Assembly (NCBI GenBank): GCA_964016885.1
Contig: OZ024741.1
Span: 128,402,001-128,466,000 of the forward strand
Length of the DNA stretch: 64,000 nt
Origin: Eledone cirrhosa
Taxonomy: Eukaryota
Direction: 5' to 3'
The position numbers were made by a program, and so were the translations under genes. Under the pieces are notes generated by a model. That model had not been told where the DNA came from and did not search any database. It saw only the letters and a program-made list of their open reading frames with translations. Of the stretch, positions 14,458 through 28,335 are shown piece after piece (positions within the stretch are counted from its first letter, which is position 1; every line of letters starts with the position of its first letter).

Positions 14458-14514
<57 letters not shown>

Positions 14515-14518
<4 letters not shown>

Positions 14519-15328
14519 CAATCACATTTTTTTATTTGTTTGACCCGAATTACTTGGTCGTTTCTATGCTGTGCGGATGACGGTTTAACCATCGTCTCGG
14601 TGTGTTTGGCCTTTAACGTATGTTGTAGCTCTGGTTCGTCAGAATTATTGAGCGCTTGCCACACATCTCGGAAGTTGTTTTTTGCTAATTCCAAAGCCGA
14701 AATACGATTCTCGCTAATTTATATTTGTATTAATCGCCAGAGTCTAGCTATTGACCAGTTAATTTTCTTGATTTTTTTAGTTGATTCTATTGACTGATAG
14801 CTTTTGTTAACTTATAACCATTCTGTTGAGAGCTTAATTCGTTTTGTGATATTTTGCATTTTTGCAATAATATACTGATACTGAATTTCATCCGCCAAAA
14901 ATAAGGGTTGCCTCCCTTGTCGAGCCCGGCGTGGGTATCGGTAACGGTCATTCCTTGCCTGGCACTTGAACTAAAACCTGTTGAGAAAGTGACTTCCTTG
15001 TTCAATCATCTTACCAGAAGCCTAACATTATTTGTCTAAGCGGACAGTACTTGATTTAGGAGTCGCAGAAACCCAAATGCTGGATTTTACCAACCATCCA
15101 GGGGTCCGGGTAAATTTTTTCAATCACATTTTTTTACTTGTTTAACCCGAATTACTTGGTCGTTTCTATGGCTGTGCGGATGACGGTTTAACCATCATCT
15201 CAGTGTGTTTGGCCTTTAACGTATGTTGTAGCTCTGGTTCGTCAGAATTATTGAGCGCTTGCCACACATCTCGGAAGTTGTTTTTCGCTAATTTCAAAGC
15301 CGAAATACGATTCTCGCTAATTTATATT

Positions 15329-15332
<4 letters not shown>
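14515..15332. repeat. Unclassified TA-flanked element with a ~215-bp terminal direct repeat (unit ~600 bp)
   Basis: 14515-14729 is nearly identical to 15117-15332. Diverged relatives lie at 15375-15815 and 15870-16083. Confidence 0.75.
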
Positions 15333-15375
<43 letters not shown>

Positions 15376-15824
15376 CGCTTGCCAGCATGACTCGGAAGTT
15401 GCGTTACCCACCGAAATGCGATTCTCGCTGAATTTATATTTGTATTAATCTCCCGAGTCTTACAATTAACCTATTAATAATTCTATTGACAGATTAATTG
15501 CATAAGTTTATTTTTAAAACTACCCGGTCGAGAGCTTATTCGATTTGTGCTATTTATGCAATTTTTTGCATGGATTAACACATACTGAATTCATTTGCCA
15601 AAATCTGGGGGTTTTCCCCTCTGAGTTACACATGTGCTTTTACAAAACACTGTGTCATCCACAACACTGGCGCAGAACAAAATACCTGTTGATAATGTGA
15701 TATTCCTCGTTCGATCATTATACCAAAAGCTTATGGTTTTAAGCAGACAGTATTATTGATTTAGGTGTCACAGAAACCCTGTACTGGATTTTACCATCAA
15801 TTTCAAGGGTCCAGGTTTGTTATA

Positions 15825-15866
<42 letters not shown>

Positions 15867-16078
15867 TATGTCATTTATTTTGTCTGGACTGTTTAGCTTG
15901 ACTTGATTTTTGGATTAGGTGGTTAATGGCTTTTTGACAGCCTTCTCAGTTTGTATGGCCTTTATAACCTATATTTATTGCTCTGGTCTTTTCTTAGCCC
16001 ATGGAGCGCTTGCCAGCATGACTCGGAATTTGCATTACGTTTCGCTTTTTCTACCCGCCGAAATACGATTCTCGCTGA

Positions 16079-16124
<46 letters not shown>

Positions 16125-16128
<4 letters not shown>

Positions 16129-16686
16129 CAATAATCAAAGTTCAGTTTAAGTCATTTATTTGCTTACAATTGTTTCCTCCAAACCGAGGTTTGGATTCTT
16201 CGGAGCAACTATTTACTGATCTATAACATACTTGACCTCCTTTTCAACCCAAGAGACACATAAAACATATGCGCATATTGATCAACAGTGGGGTGACATT
16301 CATCAACTGATATAGCATGGCAATTTACATATAATGGTTACAGGATAAAAATAAAATAAAAACAAGAATGAAAATAAAGATAAACATGAAGCGTTGGCAG
16401 TCTTCATAGACTGACAACGCTTCATGTTTATCTTTATTTTCATTCTTGTTTTTATTTTATTTTTATCCTGTAACCATTATATGTAAATTGCCATGCTATA
16501 TCAGTTGATGAATGTCACCCCACTGTTGATCAATATGCGCATATGTTTTATGTGTCTCTTGGGTTGAAAAGGAGGTCAAGTATGTTATAGATCAGTAAAT
16601 AGTTGCTCCGAAGAATCCAAACCTCGGTTTGGAGGAAACAATTGTAAGCAAATAAATGACTTAAACTGAACTTTGATTATTGTAAT
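16125..16686. repeat. Near-perfect palindrome, 279-bp arms, 4-nt loop (TCAT)
   Basis: 16125-16403 is the reverse complement of 16408-16686, with one mismatch seen near the loop. Confidence 0.95.
16603..16651 (+). ncRNA. Type I hammerhead motif with CCGAAGA core variant (mirror copy at 16160-16208 on the minus strand)
   Basis: TTGCT-CCGAAGA-aTCCAAACCtcGGTTTGGAg-GAAA-CAATTG-TA-AGCAA. Confidence 0.7.
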
Positions 16687-17451
16687 CTCTATATAACTGC
16701 TCTGTAAAACAACTGATGTTATTACATTGAGCTATTTATCTTACTGGTAATAGGATAGTAATTAATGACTATCTTTCACTATTTAGGGTTTGTATATATA
16801 ATATATTACCAGTAAAGGTTTTATTGCATACATAACCATAAATAGTACCCTTAATACTATATATATATATATATATATATATACATAGGTCATATAAAGA
16901 AACACGAAACGAACGAACAAGAGGATGCAATAATATAAAGTGTATTAGTTTCACGCTTGGAGAAAGCAGAATGAGTTGTTACATTTATATATATATATAA
17001 TTGGGAAAGCATCTTAAAGTTTCGAGCGCTAGTTCTTCATCGGCAGACACACGAGATAAAAAAAGAAACGGGGGAGAGGGTTGTAAAGAGAAGCACGTAT
17101 TATAGACAACTATAATATGATAAAAATATAATATAATATACTATAATAAAATATAATATACAAGATGATATTATATACATACATGTACATGTGTGTGTTT
17201 GTAGGTGAATATATATTATATATGTGTGTGTGTGTGTGTGCGCGTGTATATATATATATATATATATATATGTGTATATATATGTGTGTGTGTGTGTGTG
17301 TGTATACATATGTGTATAAATACAAACAAACATACATGCTTGCATGCATACATATACACAGAAAAATACATACATAGACATACACATACGTATACATTCA
17401 TACCTACACATACACACATACATACATACATACATACATACATACATACAC

Positions 17452-18310
17452 TTTACAGAAAAAGTTGTGCATGGATACTTGAGGCGTAAAACACAGACCA
17501 TAGAGGGGATAAACCACTCAAAAAGCCTGGCATGGAGTTCCGACAAGTTTATGACATCACACCTTGAGGGATATCTTTATGCAATACAGGAACAAGAACT
17601 CCCTACCAAATATCTGCTGCACAAAAGAGGAGGGCCAGCAGCTGACAATAAATGTAGGCTATGTAAAGCAAAGATCGAGGATGTAAGCCACATTGTTGCC
17701 AGCTGCGAAAGAATGTCATCTCGCTACTACCTCCCCATGAGACACGATGGGATAGCTAGAACCATCTGGAACGCACTTCGGAAAACAAAATTAACAACAA
17801 ACGAGGAAGAATATATTGAAACAGATGGCACTAAGGAATACTGGTGGAACCTGAAAATAAAAACTGCCACCAAATTAAAGCACAACCGGCCTGATATTGT
17901 TGTTTGGGACCACACATTGAAAACGTGTTCTGTTGTGGAGATCAGCTGCCCACTTGATGTAAACGTTGTCAGAAAAATACAGGAGAAGGAGGACATCTAC
18001 GGACCATTGATGAGGAGTTTACAAATCCAGTATCCAAGATACACCTTTAGCTTCATACCCATCATTATTGGTGCTACGGGTTATATACCAACCCGCTTGG
18101 ACCAAAGTATGACTGAACTTGGATTTGCGGACAAAAAGCGCAGCTCCCTAATTCATAGTCTACAAATGGCTGCGATAGCTGGCACCTTCAAAATTTGCAA
18201 AACATTCTTGCGATTCAAGGGATGACAATTTCTTTTCTTTTACAACCTTGCCACCAGGAAGGTGGCCGGTTAAAAAAATATACTCGAAATTAAGAGAAAG
18301 AGAAAACATA
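17452..18310 (+). mobile_element. 5'-truncated R4/Dong-like LINE copy, directly upstream of the full-length copy
   Basis: Near-identical to 21700-22560 (offset 4248). Begins right after a (CATA)n tract. Confidence 0.95.
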
Positions 18311-18317
18311 TAATGGC

Positions 18318-21300
18318 GACCGTTGTGGTCAGTGTCCGATAATCGGACGTGTGTAATTACGGCTTACATGAAGGCAACATACCATATATTGGAAAAAGTT
18401 GAGCTACATTACGCGGTAAGATTACATACAATAATTCTACATAAGTGTTTGAACTCTAAGTGTGTTGTAAAACACCTATTTATATGAACGATACATACAC
18501 TTATGATATATGAACGATACATACACTTATGATATATGAACGATACATACACTTTAACATAAATGCAACGTTGTTATATTACATTTATAAAGAAATATAC
18601 AAGTAACGTTTTCGATTCAGAAACAAAAACATAAGTGTTTGAACTGTGAATATGTTGTGAATAAGTTGTAGAACACCTATTTACATGAATGATACATAAA
18701 CTTTAACATATAAATACAGCGTTGTTATATTATATTACATTCATAAAGAAATATACTAAGTAACGGTTCTTTTTGTTCTCGATTCAAACGATTCAAGAAC
18801 AACGTTTAAAACACAGTTGTAGAATTAAAAACTAACTGAAAAGAAATATTACCCAAGCTGTGAATAACTTTAAATTTGATTCTGACAGAACTTTGTCGAA
18901 ACTTTTAAAGAAGATCATCGACAATTTTGAAAAATAAATACAAAATATTAGTGAATAGAGGAACTCATCATAGCAAAACGTACAAGTCTCCTTCGACCAA
19001 ATCGCAACTACAACCGTTGTATACAGTGGAGCTACGAGCTTAACAAAGAATTATATGAAGCATACAAACAATCTGAACCCCCAAAGTTCGGTTTTATGCA
19101 AAGGCTAAAAACTTTATGGAACTCCAAACACCCAGAATTAGACTTTTCTCCAAAGCATTTAAATGAACAAGCAAAACGTATCATTAGATGTAAATTGATA
19201 CATCTAACGGAATTGAGTGATACTACAGCCCTTGTAGACAACCACCCTACCTCAACTGACAGACAAAGAGAATGGCCAGCTAAATCTAACAGTGAACAGC
19301 TCACCAATAATTTTGCTGAAATCCATCCCACTTCCACTGAAGAACAGCGAGAAAGGTCAGCTAACTCTAGTAGTAATTGTCACCACATCAACAACGAGGC
19401 TGAAATTCATGACTCTACTGAACAAACAGAGCACCAAAAACTTGTGGACACCCTACAAGTGATATGGGACGATATGTTTCAAGAGATACACAGCCTTAAT
19501 GTGAGTGACAGACCATACAACACCAGAATCAGTAAAGAACCCACTGAATTGGAATTGGAAGCGGTGAACGAAATATCTGACAATTATCTGAAGGCTATAC
19601 GATCTAAAGGTGTAGAAACGACATTTGAAACGCTTAATATGTTGTTATATGTTTCAGCTGTCACATTGCTATCATATAACACACACCTAAAACCACACAA
19701 TCAAGATACAAACAGAAAGCCTGAACCAGCGTGGATGCGAAATTTAAAAAGCAAAATTTTGTCCCTGGGACGAAGTATCTCACACATCGCAGTCGTTATG
19801 AAATGCAACATAGAGGGCAACTTCACACGACACCAGGAAGATCTATAAAAAAAGTTAGAGAGACGATTTGGAGATACAAAATTTAAAACTTTGAACTCCA
19901 AATTACACCAGTTGAAACAACAACTCACAGCTACAACAGAAAGACTAAAATATAAGTCAACAGCACATAAACGACGAGTGCTAAATAGATTGTTTGTCAG
20001 AGATCCTAAATCAGTTTATCGTAGCTTCGGTGGCAAAAGCTTAATCCCTGTAAATGACACCCCTTCAAAAGAACAGGTTGAGAGCTACTGGAGATTTATA
20101 TGGGAAACGGATGACGGATTCAACAGACAAACTAATTTGCTAAAAGAACTGGAACAGGACTACTGCCAACATGTCCAGACAAAACAATATGACATAGATG
20201 GGTCAATACTCGAAACAGCTCTACAGAAAATGTCGAATAGGAAATCGCCAGGCCCAGACCTCATTACAGGATACTGGTTGCAGAATTTCACTTTCTATCG
20301 GCAAGATCTCATACGGCTGTTTACAGAAACCATTAAAGGCACACAAGAACTGCCCAGATGGTTATCAACTGCTACTACTCTCCTCATTCCCCCAAATAGC
20401 CAAACCACTCTTGCTAAAAATTACCGCCCAATAGCCTGCCAAAACATCCAATATAAATTATATACTGGGTGCCTTAACCTGTTCTTACAGGATCACTGTG
20501 CTACCAACAACATCATAACACCTGAGCAAGCTGGTGGAAAGAGGGAGGTGTGGGGTTGCATAGATCACCTTCTAACTAACAAAATGATTCAGGAAAAAAC
20601 AACAAAGAATCGCAGAAACATGACTGTGGTGTGGCTGGACTATCAAAAAGCATTTGATAGTGTACCTCATGGGTGGATTATTAAGGCTTTACAGTTAGTC
20701 AAAGTCCCACAACCATTGGTAGCTGCTGTTGAACGCCTGACCAAGAACTGGTACACCAATTTGATCCTTAGAGGTGAGAAGGAGCAAGTTAAAACTGATA
20801 AGATACATTACCAGAAGGGCATCTTTCAGGGTGATAGATTGTCAGTGCTACTCTTCGTTCTCTCACTGAATCCACTATCTTACCTACTCAGGAAACAAGG
20901 TGGACAAAGAAGTGGGTCCAGAAGTATCTCCCATATTTTCTTTGTTGATGACCTGAAGTTGTATGGGCCAAATATCAATGACATCAAGAAACAATTGGAC
21001 CTCATTACACAATTTTCAACCGACATCAAAATGAAATTTGGTGAGTCCAAGTGTGCATATTTGGCAGTAAAACGTGGAAGAGCTGTGCCCTCCTCTAGAA
21101 ATCTAGAGATGAACGGCCTGACAATACAACCTCTACAGTCAGGTGACAACTACAGATATCTTGGACAGGATGAGAATGTCAGATATGATGGACCCATAAA
21201 TAAGGAGAGAACCAGAACTGAATACCTCAGAAGAGTAAAGAAAATATGGTCATCAGAACTGTCAGCGTACAACAAATACATTGCCCACAATACTTATGCT

Positions 21301-22567
21301 GTGCCATTTCTAACGCCAACATTTGGCCTGCTGAACTGGTCATTGCAAGAACTAAGTGAGATGGATGTTAGAACTCGCAAACTTCTCAGTGTTACTGGGA
21401 ACTTTAACATCAATGGTGATGTGGATAGGCTATACTTCTCACGCAAGGAAGGTGGCCGGGGTCTAAAATCAATATTAACAACATATGAGACTCGGAGAGT
21501 AACACTGAAGCAACACATTCAACAGAGGAAAAAGGTTGGCAACCATCTTGCCCAGGTTTATGAGCATGAAAAAAAAAATATCATTAGAATAGCGACTGAT
21601 CTGGAGGAGAGATATGGAATAAAGCCTGATATAAATCTCTCACCCAGAGAAATCGGAAGATCCTATTCAATGTTCAAACAAGATAAAAAAATTGACCAAT
21701 TTACAGAAAAAGTTGTGCATGGATACTTGAGACGTAAAACACAGACCATAGAGGGGATAAACCACTCAAAAAGCCTGGCATGGAGTTCCGACAAGTTTAT
21801 AACATCACACATTGAGGGATATCTCTATGCAATACAGGAACAAGAACTCCCTACCAAATATCTGCTGCACAAAAGAGGAGGGCCAGCAGCTGACAATAAA
21901 TGTAGGCTATGTAAAACAAAGATCGAGGATGTAAGCCACATTGTTGCCAGCTGCGAAAGAATGTCATCTCGCTACTACCTCCCCATGAGACACGATGGGA
22001 TAGCTAGAACCATCTGGAACGCACTTCGGAAAACAAAATTAACAACAAACGAGGAAGAATATATTGAGACAGATGGCACTAAGGAATACTGGTGGAACCT
22101 GAAAATAAAGACTGCCACCAAATTAAAGCACAGCCGGCCTGATATTGTTGTTTGGGACCACACGTTGAAAACGTGTTCTGTTGTGGAGATCAGCTGCCCA
22201 CTTGATGTAAACGTTGTCAGAAAAATACAGGAGAAGGAGGACATCTACGGACCATTGATGAGGAGTTTACAAATCCAGTATCCAAGATACACCTTTAGCT
22301 TCATACCCATCATTATTGGAGCTACGGGTTATATACCAACCCGCTTGGACCAAAGTATGACTGAACTTGGATTTGCGGACAAAAAGCGCAGCTCCCTAAT
22401 TCATAGTCTACAAATGGCTGCGATAGCTGGCACCTTCAAAATTTGCAAAACATTCTTGCGATTCAAGGGATGACAATTTCTTTTCTTTTACAACCTTGCC
22501 ACCAGGAAGGTGGCCGGTCAAAAAAAATATACTCGAAATTAAGAGAAAGAGATAACATACATACATA
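18318..22567 (+). mobile_element. Near full-length R4/Dong-clade non-LTR retrotransposon (RT plus restriction-like endonuclease)
   Basis: 5' UTR, a single long reading frame, and a short 3' UTR ending in (CATA)n. The 5' boundary is approximate. Confidence 0.9.
18955..22473 (+). pseudogene. RT-RLE polyprotein with one in-frame stop at 19846-19848
   Basis: ORFs 19096-19848 and 19891-22473 share a frame. Motifs: KSPGPD, NYRPIAC, WLDYQKAFDSVPH, GIFQGD.LS, FFVDDLK, YRYLG, CRLC..H....C zinc knuckle, RHD, RPDIVVWD..VVEISCP..KEDIY. Confidence 0.92.
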
Positions 22568-22718
22568 ATGGCAGTTTCTAGGATTTTCTTTCTTGTTATC
22601 GTCTGCTTTGCCAGTGTCAGTAAATGACAGGGTGTAGAAATTGCCTCCAAGGGAATAAAAGGTCAAAAGAGGGATTTTCGTTTCCTAATCTTCAGACTGT
22701 TGTTAGTTATGTGTTTGA

Positions 22719-22881
<163 letters not shown>

Positions 22882-22914
22882 CATGCATACATATATATAT
22901 ATATACATACATAT

Positions 22915-22976
<62 letters not shown>

Positions 22977-23101
22977 ATGTGTGTGTGTGAGTGTAGCAAG
23001 AGAGGGGAAGTTGAAAATTAGAAGATTAACAGCAGCTATATCCGTGATATATATATATATATTAAGAAATATTTTATACTCATTATACATACATCTATAT
23101 A

Positions 23102-23172
<71 letters not shown>

Positions 23173-23173
23173 G

Positions 23174-23238
<65 letters not shown>

Positions 23239-23339
23239 ATGTGTGTGTGTGTCTGTGTATCGATGTGTGTGTGGGGTGTTTGTCTGCCCCTCTGTGCTTT
23301 TATGCCTATTTATCTGTGCTTGTGGGGGTATTTGTTTGT

Positions 23340-23817
23340 GAATGTATATGTGTGTGCATATGTGTGCATATGTGTGTATATCTGTGTTTATGTGTGTATA
23401 TGTGTGCATATGTGTGTATATCTGTGTATATGTGTGTATATCTGTGTATATGTGTGTATATCTGTGTATATGTGTGCATATGTGTGGATAAGTGTGTATA
23501 TGTGTGTATATGTATGTATTTCTGTGTATATGTGTGTATATTTGTGTATATGTGTGTATATCTGTGTATATGTCTGTATATCTGTGTATATGTGTGCATA
23601 TGTGTGTATAAGTGTGTATATGTGTGTATATGTGTGTATGTCTGTGTATATGTGTGTATATCTGTGTATATGTGTGTATATCTGTGTATATGTGTGTATA
23701 TGTGTGTATATCTGTGTATATGTGTGCATATGTGTGTATATGTGTGTATATGTGTGTATATGTGTGTATTTCTGTGTATATGTGTGCATATGTGTGTATA
23801 TGTGTGTATATGTGTGT
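23340..23817. repeat. 10-bp-unit minisatellite (TGTGTATATG / TGTGTATATC)
   Basis: Direct inspection. Confidence 0.9.
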
Positions 23818-24000
23818 AGTGATAGATTAAAAAGTAAATTGGATTGCTTCTAATCTGATGAGATGTGAAAACGGAGTTAAACTATACGCATTATACACAC
23901 TCACCCCCACTTCCACACCCACGCACATAAATATGTATATATAGTCACATAGATAGAGCAAAATGTATATACACAGACACGTACACACACAATAGACGTG

Positions 24001-24048
<48 letters not shown>

Positions 24049-24230
24049 AAAAGTAAACGAAATAAACGAAAAACATCAAAGCAAACAATAGAGTACAGTG
24101 AAGATATGTCTTTGTTTAACGCTTAATATAGCAAGAAAAGAGTCTTAATGTTTCAGATGTATGTATGTATGTATGTATGTATGTATGTATGTATGTATGT
24201 ATGTATGTATGTATGTATACATGTATGTAT

Positions 24231-24942
24231 GTTCTGGCTTTACAATTTTATAAATGTTTACCAATAGAGAGAGAGTCGGTTTCTAACATAAATACAAGAC
24301 TCTCTCATTGGAATTTTAACAATATCAACTAAGTAGATATACATGCATGCATGTATGTGCAGGTATGGATGCCAATGTATATGTGGATGAGTATGTTTTG
24401 AGTTATATGTGTGCATGTGTATATGCAGTTATTAGCTGCAGAATTTTTGGAATGTTTTACATATTTTTACTGTTCCATTAATGGATTGTACTTGTAATTT
24501 CCAAACTAGTCGTGTTCTTTCTGTTTCTGTGAAGCATAGCTTAACAATTAAATAAATCATCAATAACTTCGTAACTCCGAGAGAAATGCAATTTATAATT
24601 TCGGTTTCTCCTGTAGCTACAACTAAATACATTTTGTTTACCGTTCTCATTGATTTTCTTCGGTAAATTGTTTTCGTTCCTTGTGTTCGGTAAACTGTTC
24701 TTGTTGATGTTGTGTCCGGTCATGCTGTTTGTAGTAAATCCTTGTAAAATGAATTATGTATTTAGTCGGATATCTCTACGAATTCGAATAAAAGGTGTCT
24801 TCAGTGGATATAGTTAGAAGAATACCCAGTTATTCAACATGACTGGTAGTTGTGGGATTACTGTCGGACATAGTTTTCATCTTAAATTTAATGAATAGTC
24901 TCCCACGCCAAAATGTGCGACTGATCGCGTTGACTGTCTGTC
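24231..24942 (-). mobile_element. Internally deleted R4/Dong-like element (5' end fused to 3' end), flanked by (TATG)n
   Basis: The 3' part encodes FTETERTRLVWKLQVQSINGTVKICKTFQKF. The upstream part encodes RRNRNYKLHFSRSYEVIDDLFNC, resembling the N-terminal RPNRNYNRCIQWSYELNKELYEA of the full-length element. Confidence 0.7.
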
Positions 24943-25049
24943 TATGTATGTATGTATGTATGTATGTATGTATGTATGTATGTATGTATGTATGTATGTA
25001 TGTATGTATGTATGTATGCATGTATGCATGTATGTATGTATATATAGTG

Positions 25050-25345
25050 ACCACGAAGTTTCGCCAAATGGAGAAGTTATGCAACGAAGCTTGCTTATAA
25101 TCGTTAGGGTGGCTTATACTAACTCGTAATATAGGGAAAGGGAGAGGAATCTTCATATATGTCGGTGAGGGGGCTATCCATAGGGAGGGTTTAAACATAC
25201 AACTGGCGCACTCGAGGCCCTCCCAGAGGAGACGACTCTCCAAACCCCGACCCGCATACAACACTATATGCACACGGCCTAACTGTCCCATCAACAACGC
25301 AGAAATGTGCATAATAACGTATGTTGTTTACAAGGTGACACTCAG
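25050..25345 (+). pseudogene. Penelope-like linker/Zn-finger fragment
   Basis: From 25176: IHREGLNIQLAHSRPSQRRRLSKP...CTRPNCPINNAEMCIITYVVYKVT, the C..C..C-VVY pattern that precedes GIY-YIG. Confidence 0.6.
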
Positions 25346-26290
25346 AAGCGTGTACATGTGCAGACCAGTCATGTCAGCCACTATGCTCCTCGTAGTTCCG
25401 ATCTATGACTGATTCCTGGTTCTGCATGTTTATAATTATAGCTTGCTTAATTCATAAATTAACCACATTCCTTTCCGTTACATCTATGGTACCCTCAATA
25501 TCTCGGTTGTGACATTTCTTCAGATGTATTTTGACAAAAGAACCACTGGAAGTCATGTGTTCTTTGATCCGTATGTACAACATCCGGTCGCACAGACTAG
25601 TGGAAATAGCAGTCAAATCGCCCTCATATCAAAGAAGGAATCTTAAGGAAGGCAGGAAACATTAGATAATATACTCCTAATTATACTAGCCCTGAAAAAA
25701 ATATCGTTAGATCGTTTTGCTCAGATTTGAGCGGGAGCTAAACAACATCACCACAATCAAAATCACCATCAACATCGCCTTCACCCCCATTTCCATCACT
25801 ACCACCATTACCACCTCGGCTATCACTTCAAGCACTATCTAACAACAATAACTCCATTATCACCCCACCACCAATATAATGTACGCATGAACCTGTAAGT
25901 TGGAATGGAGTCGTATGAGCACCGTGGAGACATACAGCATATCTTGGTCATCTTTAACTTTGCGGAATACATCCCCGTTCTAGGTCTGGACATAACCGAT
26001 TTCTTCCAAGGAAGAACAGAGGGTGTGAGATAGATAGATATGGAGGAAGAGATATAGAAGGAGAATCAACCCCAGTACTGGACTGGTATTTCATTTATCA
26101 ACCTCGAAAGAGCGAAAGGTAAAGTTGACCTCGGTGGGATTTGAACATAGAGCGCGTGGGCTGGAACAAATACCACCAAACATTCTTTCCGACTTTCTGA
26201 CGACTCTTACTAAATCACACACACGCACACATACGCACACACCCACGTAAAAACACACACACGTACAAACACGCACATACACGCACACGC

Positions 26291-26330
<40 letters not shown>

Positions 26331-26472
26331 CTCTATATATATATTAGATGCCGCAACGCATTCTATCCGATGTTGCAACGATTCTGCCAATTCACAATCT
26401 TTCACCAATAATACCAATGCAAAAACTACCCCTACTAACTACTACCACAACCACTACAACCAACAATGACTC

Positions 26473-27610
26473 CATCACCATCACCATCACCCTATCAGTA
26501 TCACCACAACCACCACTAACCGCACTGTCACCACCACCACCACCATCACCACCACATCAACAACAACAACAATCAGCGACAAATACCTCATCACCATCAC
26601 CATCACCATCACCCTATCAGTATCACCACAACCACCACTAACCGCACTGTCACCACCACCACCACCATCACCACCACATCAACAACAACAACAATCAGCG
26701 ACAAATACCTCATCACCATCACCATCACCATCACCCTATCAGTATCGCCACAACCACCACTAACCACACTGTCACCACCACCACCACTATCACCACCACA
26801 TCAACAACAACAACAATCAGCGACAAATACCTCATCACCATCACCATCACCATCACCCTATCAGTATCACCACAACCACCACTAACCGCACTGTCACCAT
26901 CACCACCACCACAACAACAACAACAACAATCAGCGACAACTACCTCATCACCACCACCACCACCACCACCACCACAACAACAACAACAACAATCAGCGAC
27001 AACTACCTCACCACCACCACAACCACCACCACCACCACCTCAACAACTACCTCACCACCTCAACAACTACCTCACCACCACAACGACCACCACCACCACA
27101 ACAACAACTACCTCATCACCACCACCACCACCACCACCACCACAACAACAACAACAACCAGCGACAACTACCTCATCACCACCACCACCACCACCACCAC
27201 CACCACAACAACAACAACAACAACAACCAGCGACAACTACCTCATCACCACCACCACCACCACCACCACAACAACAACAACAACAACCAGCGACAACTAC
27301 CTCATCACCCACCACCACCACAACAACAACAACAACAACAACCAGCGACAACTACCTCATCACCACCACCACCACCACCACCACAACAACAACAACAACA
27401 ACCAGCGACAACTACCTCATCACCACCACCACCACCACCACCACCACCACCACCACAACAACAACAACCAGCGACAACTACCTCATCACCACCACCACCA
27501 CCACCACCACAACAACAACAACAACAACAGCGACAACTACCTTATCACCACCACCACCACCACAACAACAACAACAACAACCAGCGACAACTACCTCATC
27601 ACCCACCACC
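26473..27610. repeat. Compound minisatellite: 122-bp unit x ~3.7, then variable ~60-bp (CAC)n(CAA)n units
   Basis: CCCTATCAG at 26490, 26612, 26734 and 26856. CAGCGACAACTACCTCATCACC anchors repeat further on. Confidence 0.9.
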
Positions 27611-27907
27611 GTTAATACCACCTTACTAACTATAACAACCTCTACAATAACCAGTAACAATATCACCGACATCAACACCAACACCAACATCAACACCAAC
27701 AACTCTACTATTACTACCACCACCATCACTACCACCAGCCTGACGACCTTTTAACCTTCCGTTAACAATACCCTATAATTATTACACCCGTCACTGTTCC
27801 CCTTACCCTTACTATGACAAATTATTTTAACACCAACACACCTCCCTCTAACACATGCCCTCCATCCGCCTTTCCCGGTTTTCTCATGCTCCACCCTCCT
27901 TTTATTT

Positions 27908-27983
27908 TACTACTACTACTATTACTGATGATGTTGATGATGATGATACTACTACTGATGCTACTACTACTAAAACAACAACA

Positions 27984-28028
<45 letters not shown>

Positions 28029-28335
28029 GCTACTGCTGCTGCTGCTGCTGCTGCTACTACTACTACTTTATGATACAACCAAACACCACCTCCACCACCA
28101 TTCCATTACTACCATTCTACCAGCTCTGTACTACTGCATACTATACTATTACCACTACTACTATATTGTAACCATGCCACTATTACTACTAGTACCACCA
28201 CCATCACCACAACAACCACCACAACCACCACAACCACCACTACCACAACCATCAACACCGCCACCTCACCACCACCACCACCACCACCACCACCACCACC
28301 ACCACCACCACCACCACCACCACCACCACCACCAT
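27908..28335. repeat. (CTA)n/(CTG)n/(CAC)n microsatellite cluster
   Basis: Direct inspection. Confidence 0.9.

Larger units (their letters stand above)
12501..14465 (-). mobile_element. 5'-truncated Penelope-like element with an inverted pseudo-LTR, flanked by (TA)n
   Basis: GIY-YIG ORF remnant on the minus strand. 13928-14465 is an inverted copy of 12557-13165. Confidence 0.9.

Noticed and set aside
23855-23872. CTGATGAgatgtGAAA hammerhead-like core
   Set aside because: No room for stem II and no stem I pairing.
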